DNA from: Amphiscolops sp. MND2022
Taxonomy: Eukaryota
Reading direction: 5' to 3'
Assembly: GCA_964187785.1 (NCBI GenBank)
Contig: OZ076409.1
Location: forward strand, 76,572,001 to 76,636,000
DNA: 64,000 nt
Shown here one piece after another: positions 63,002 to 64,000 of this stretch. Position 1 is the first letter of the stretch, and the number at the start of each line of letters is the position of its first letter. Position numbers and translations under genes: made by a program. The notes beneath the pieces are model-generated. The model did not search any database. It worked only from the letters and a program-made list of their open reading frames with translations, and was not told the origin of the DNA.

Positions 63002-64000
63002 TTATATTGACACATACACGCGGCTGTGTGAAACCACATGAATACCAGTACCCTCGAACATGTTCGCTAAGGCATGGTACAGATTGACCAACGAGAAGGT
63101 AGGTCTCTCGGGGTCCAAAATGGGCACATGGACCCGTGCGGATCCCTTGTCCATTAAGCGCTGTACTAGGTGTGTCATGCAGCGCAAATAGTCGTCGGTC
63201 AGCAGCGGCGCACGCTGGTTTGCTCGTACTATCAGCAGATGAACACTTTGGTTGGGGTTTGGATTAACATCAGGGGGATGGTGAGCATCTCGCCCACCTT
63301 AGGCCGCAAGGAGAATACTTTTTCTATGCCACATTCTCGCAGCACGTATCGCAAGGCGGCTGAGTTAGTTTTCAGGTCAGCGGGGCATGCTAACACAATG
63401 TCGCCTTCTGCTTGCAAAAAGTCAGTTTCGTCGTACGAGACATGTTCGGCTGAATTTGGATATAGGGCTCCCGGGTAAACAATTTCTCGTCCGGGTCCAT
63501 TATCGGAGAGAAGGCACACGCGAGGCGCGCGTCCTTGAATCGCAGCCAGGTCTTGCCATACCGAGCGTGGCATCGCTCGATTGTCGCTGCCGGCTTTGAC
63601 CCATGTATCCAGAGTCACCAGGGCGGCTTTTGGGAACAGAGGGACCTCAAATGTGTGAGTCTACTCATCTAGCAATCGAATTCTGGGATAGGTGGCGAAG
63701 CAGGTAATGATTAGTTCTAACCACCATGCAAACTTTACCTTGCCCCGATACCAATCTACGATGTGGAAGCAAAGTATCTAGTCCGTAGTAGTCAGGGTTC
63801 TAAGACTCACTAAACAGGACAGCAGGTGCAGCGGTTCCACGATAGTCTCCACTCGTGGAGCAGTAACCAGCAACCACCAATGAGGGGCAGGACTGTATAC
63901 TCCACCCGGTTCCACTTGCACTCCGTACTTGTCACACAACAGGTCAGAAGTGATGCACCGGGCCATTTGCACGGGTTCCCTTTCAAAATTGAATGGTCCA
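63002..64000 (-). pseudogene. C-terminus of an ORF ending in tandem macrodomain-like (OARD1/Poa1p-type) units
   Basis: DFLQAEGDIVLACPADLKTNSAALR..PKVGE..LLIVRA..RVHVPIL..LANMFEGTGIHV; similar upstream unit WLLVTAP..LCFHIV..LELIITCF. Confidence 0.6.

Larger units (their letters stand above)
56902..64000 (-). mobile_element. Element F: 3' part of a large LTR element with macrodomain-like and SGNH-like ORFs; continues off the right edge
   Basis: PPT and LTR-like end plus two intronless co-oriented decayed ORFs; RT and IN are not in the window. Confidence 0.6.

Overview
Eukaryotic, probably invertebrate animal, repeat-dense DNA with no recognisable host gene and a 200-N gap at 15783-15982. It is a stack of nested, mostly decayed mobile elements. 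Element A is a 13.6-kb Ty3/Gypsy (954-14562, minus strand, 2.24-kb LTRs, GCTTC target-site duplication, TSD) inserted next to an older relative. Element B is a decayed related Gypsy (~16.9-20.5 kb). Element C is a 5.9-kb Mag-type Gypsy (22699-28596) inside a Mutator transposase relic. Element D is a 17.6-kb retrovirus-like Gypsy (30463-48029, ATAT TSD). Element E is a Copia (51821-56352). Element F is the 3' part of another large LTR element (56902 to beyond 64000, minus). A solo LTR, LINE fragments and MITE-like repeats lie between them. The notable signal is the accessory cargo of the LTR elements. A carries an apparently spliced antisense gene. D carries a chuvirus/gB-like env, a 5'-leader array of seven covarying RNA stem-loops, a small transmembrane uORF and extra ORFs. 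F carries tandem macrodomain-like units and a ~1430-codon ORF with an SGNH-hydrolase-like fold. All domain calls are motif recognition by eye, not database searches.
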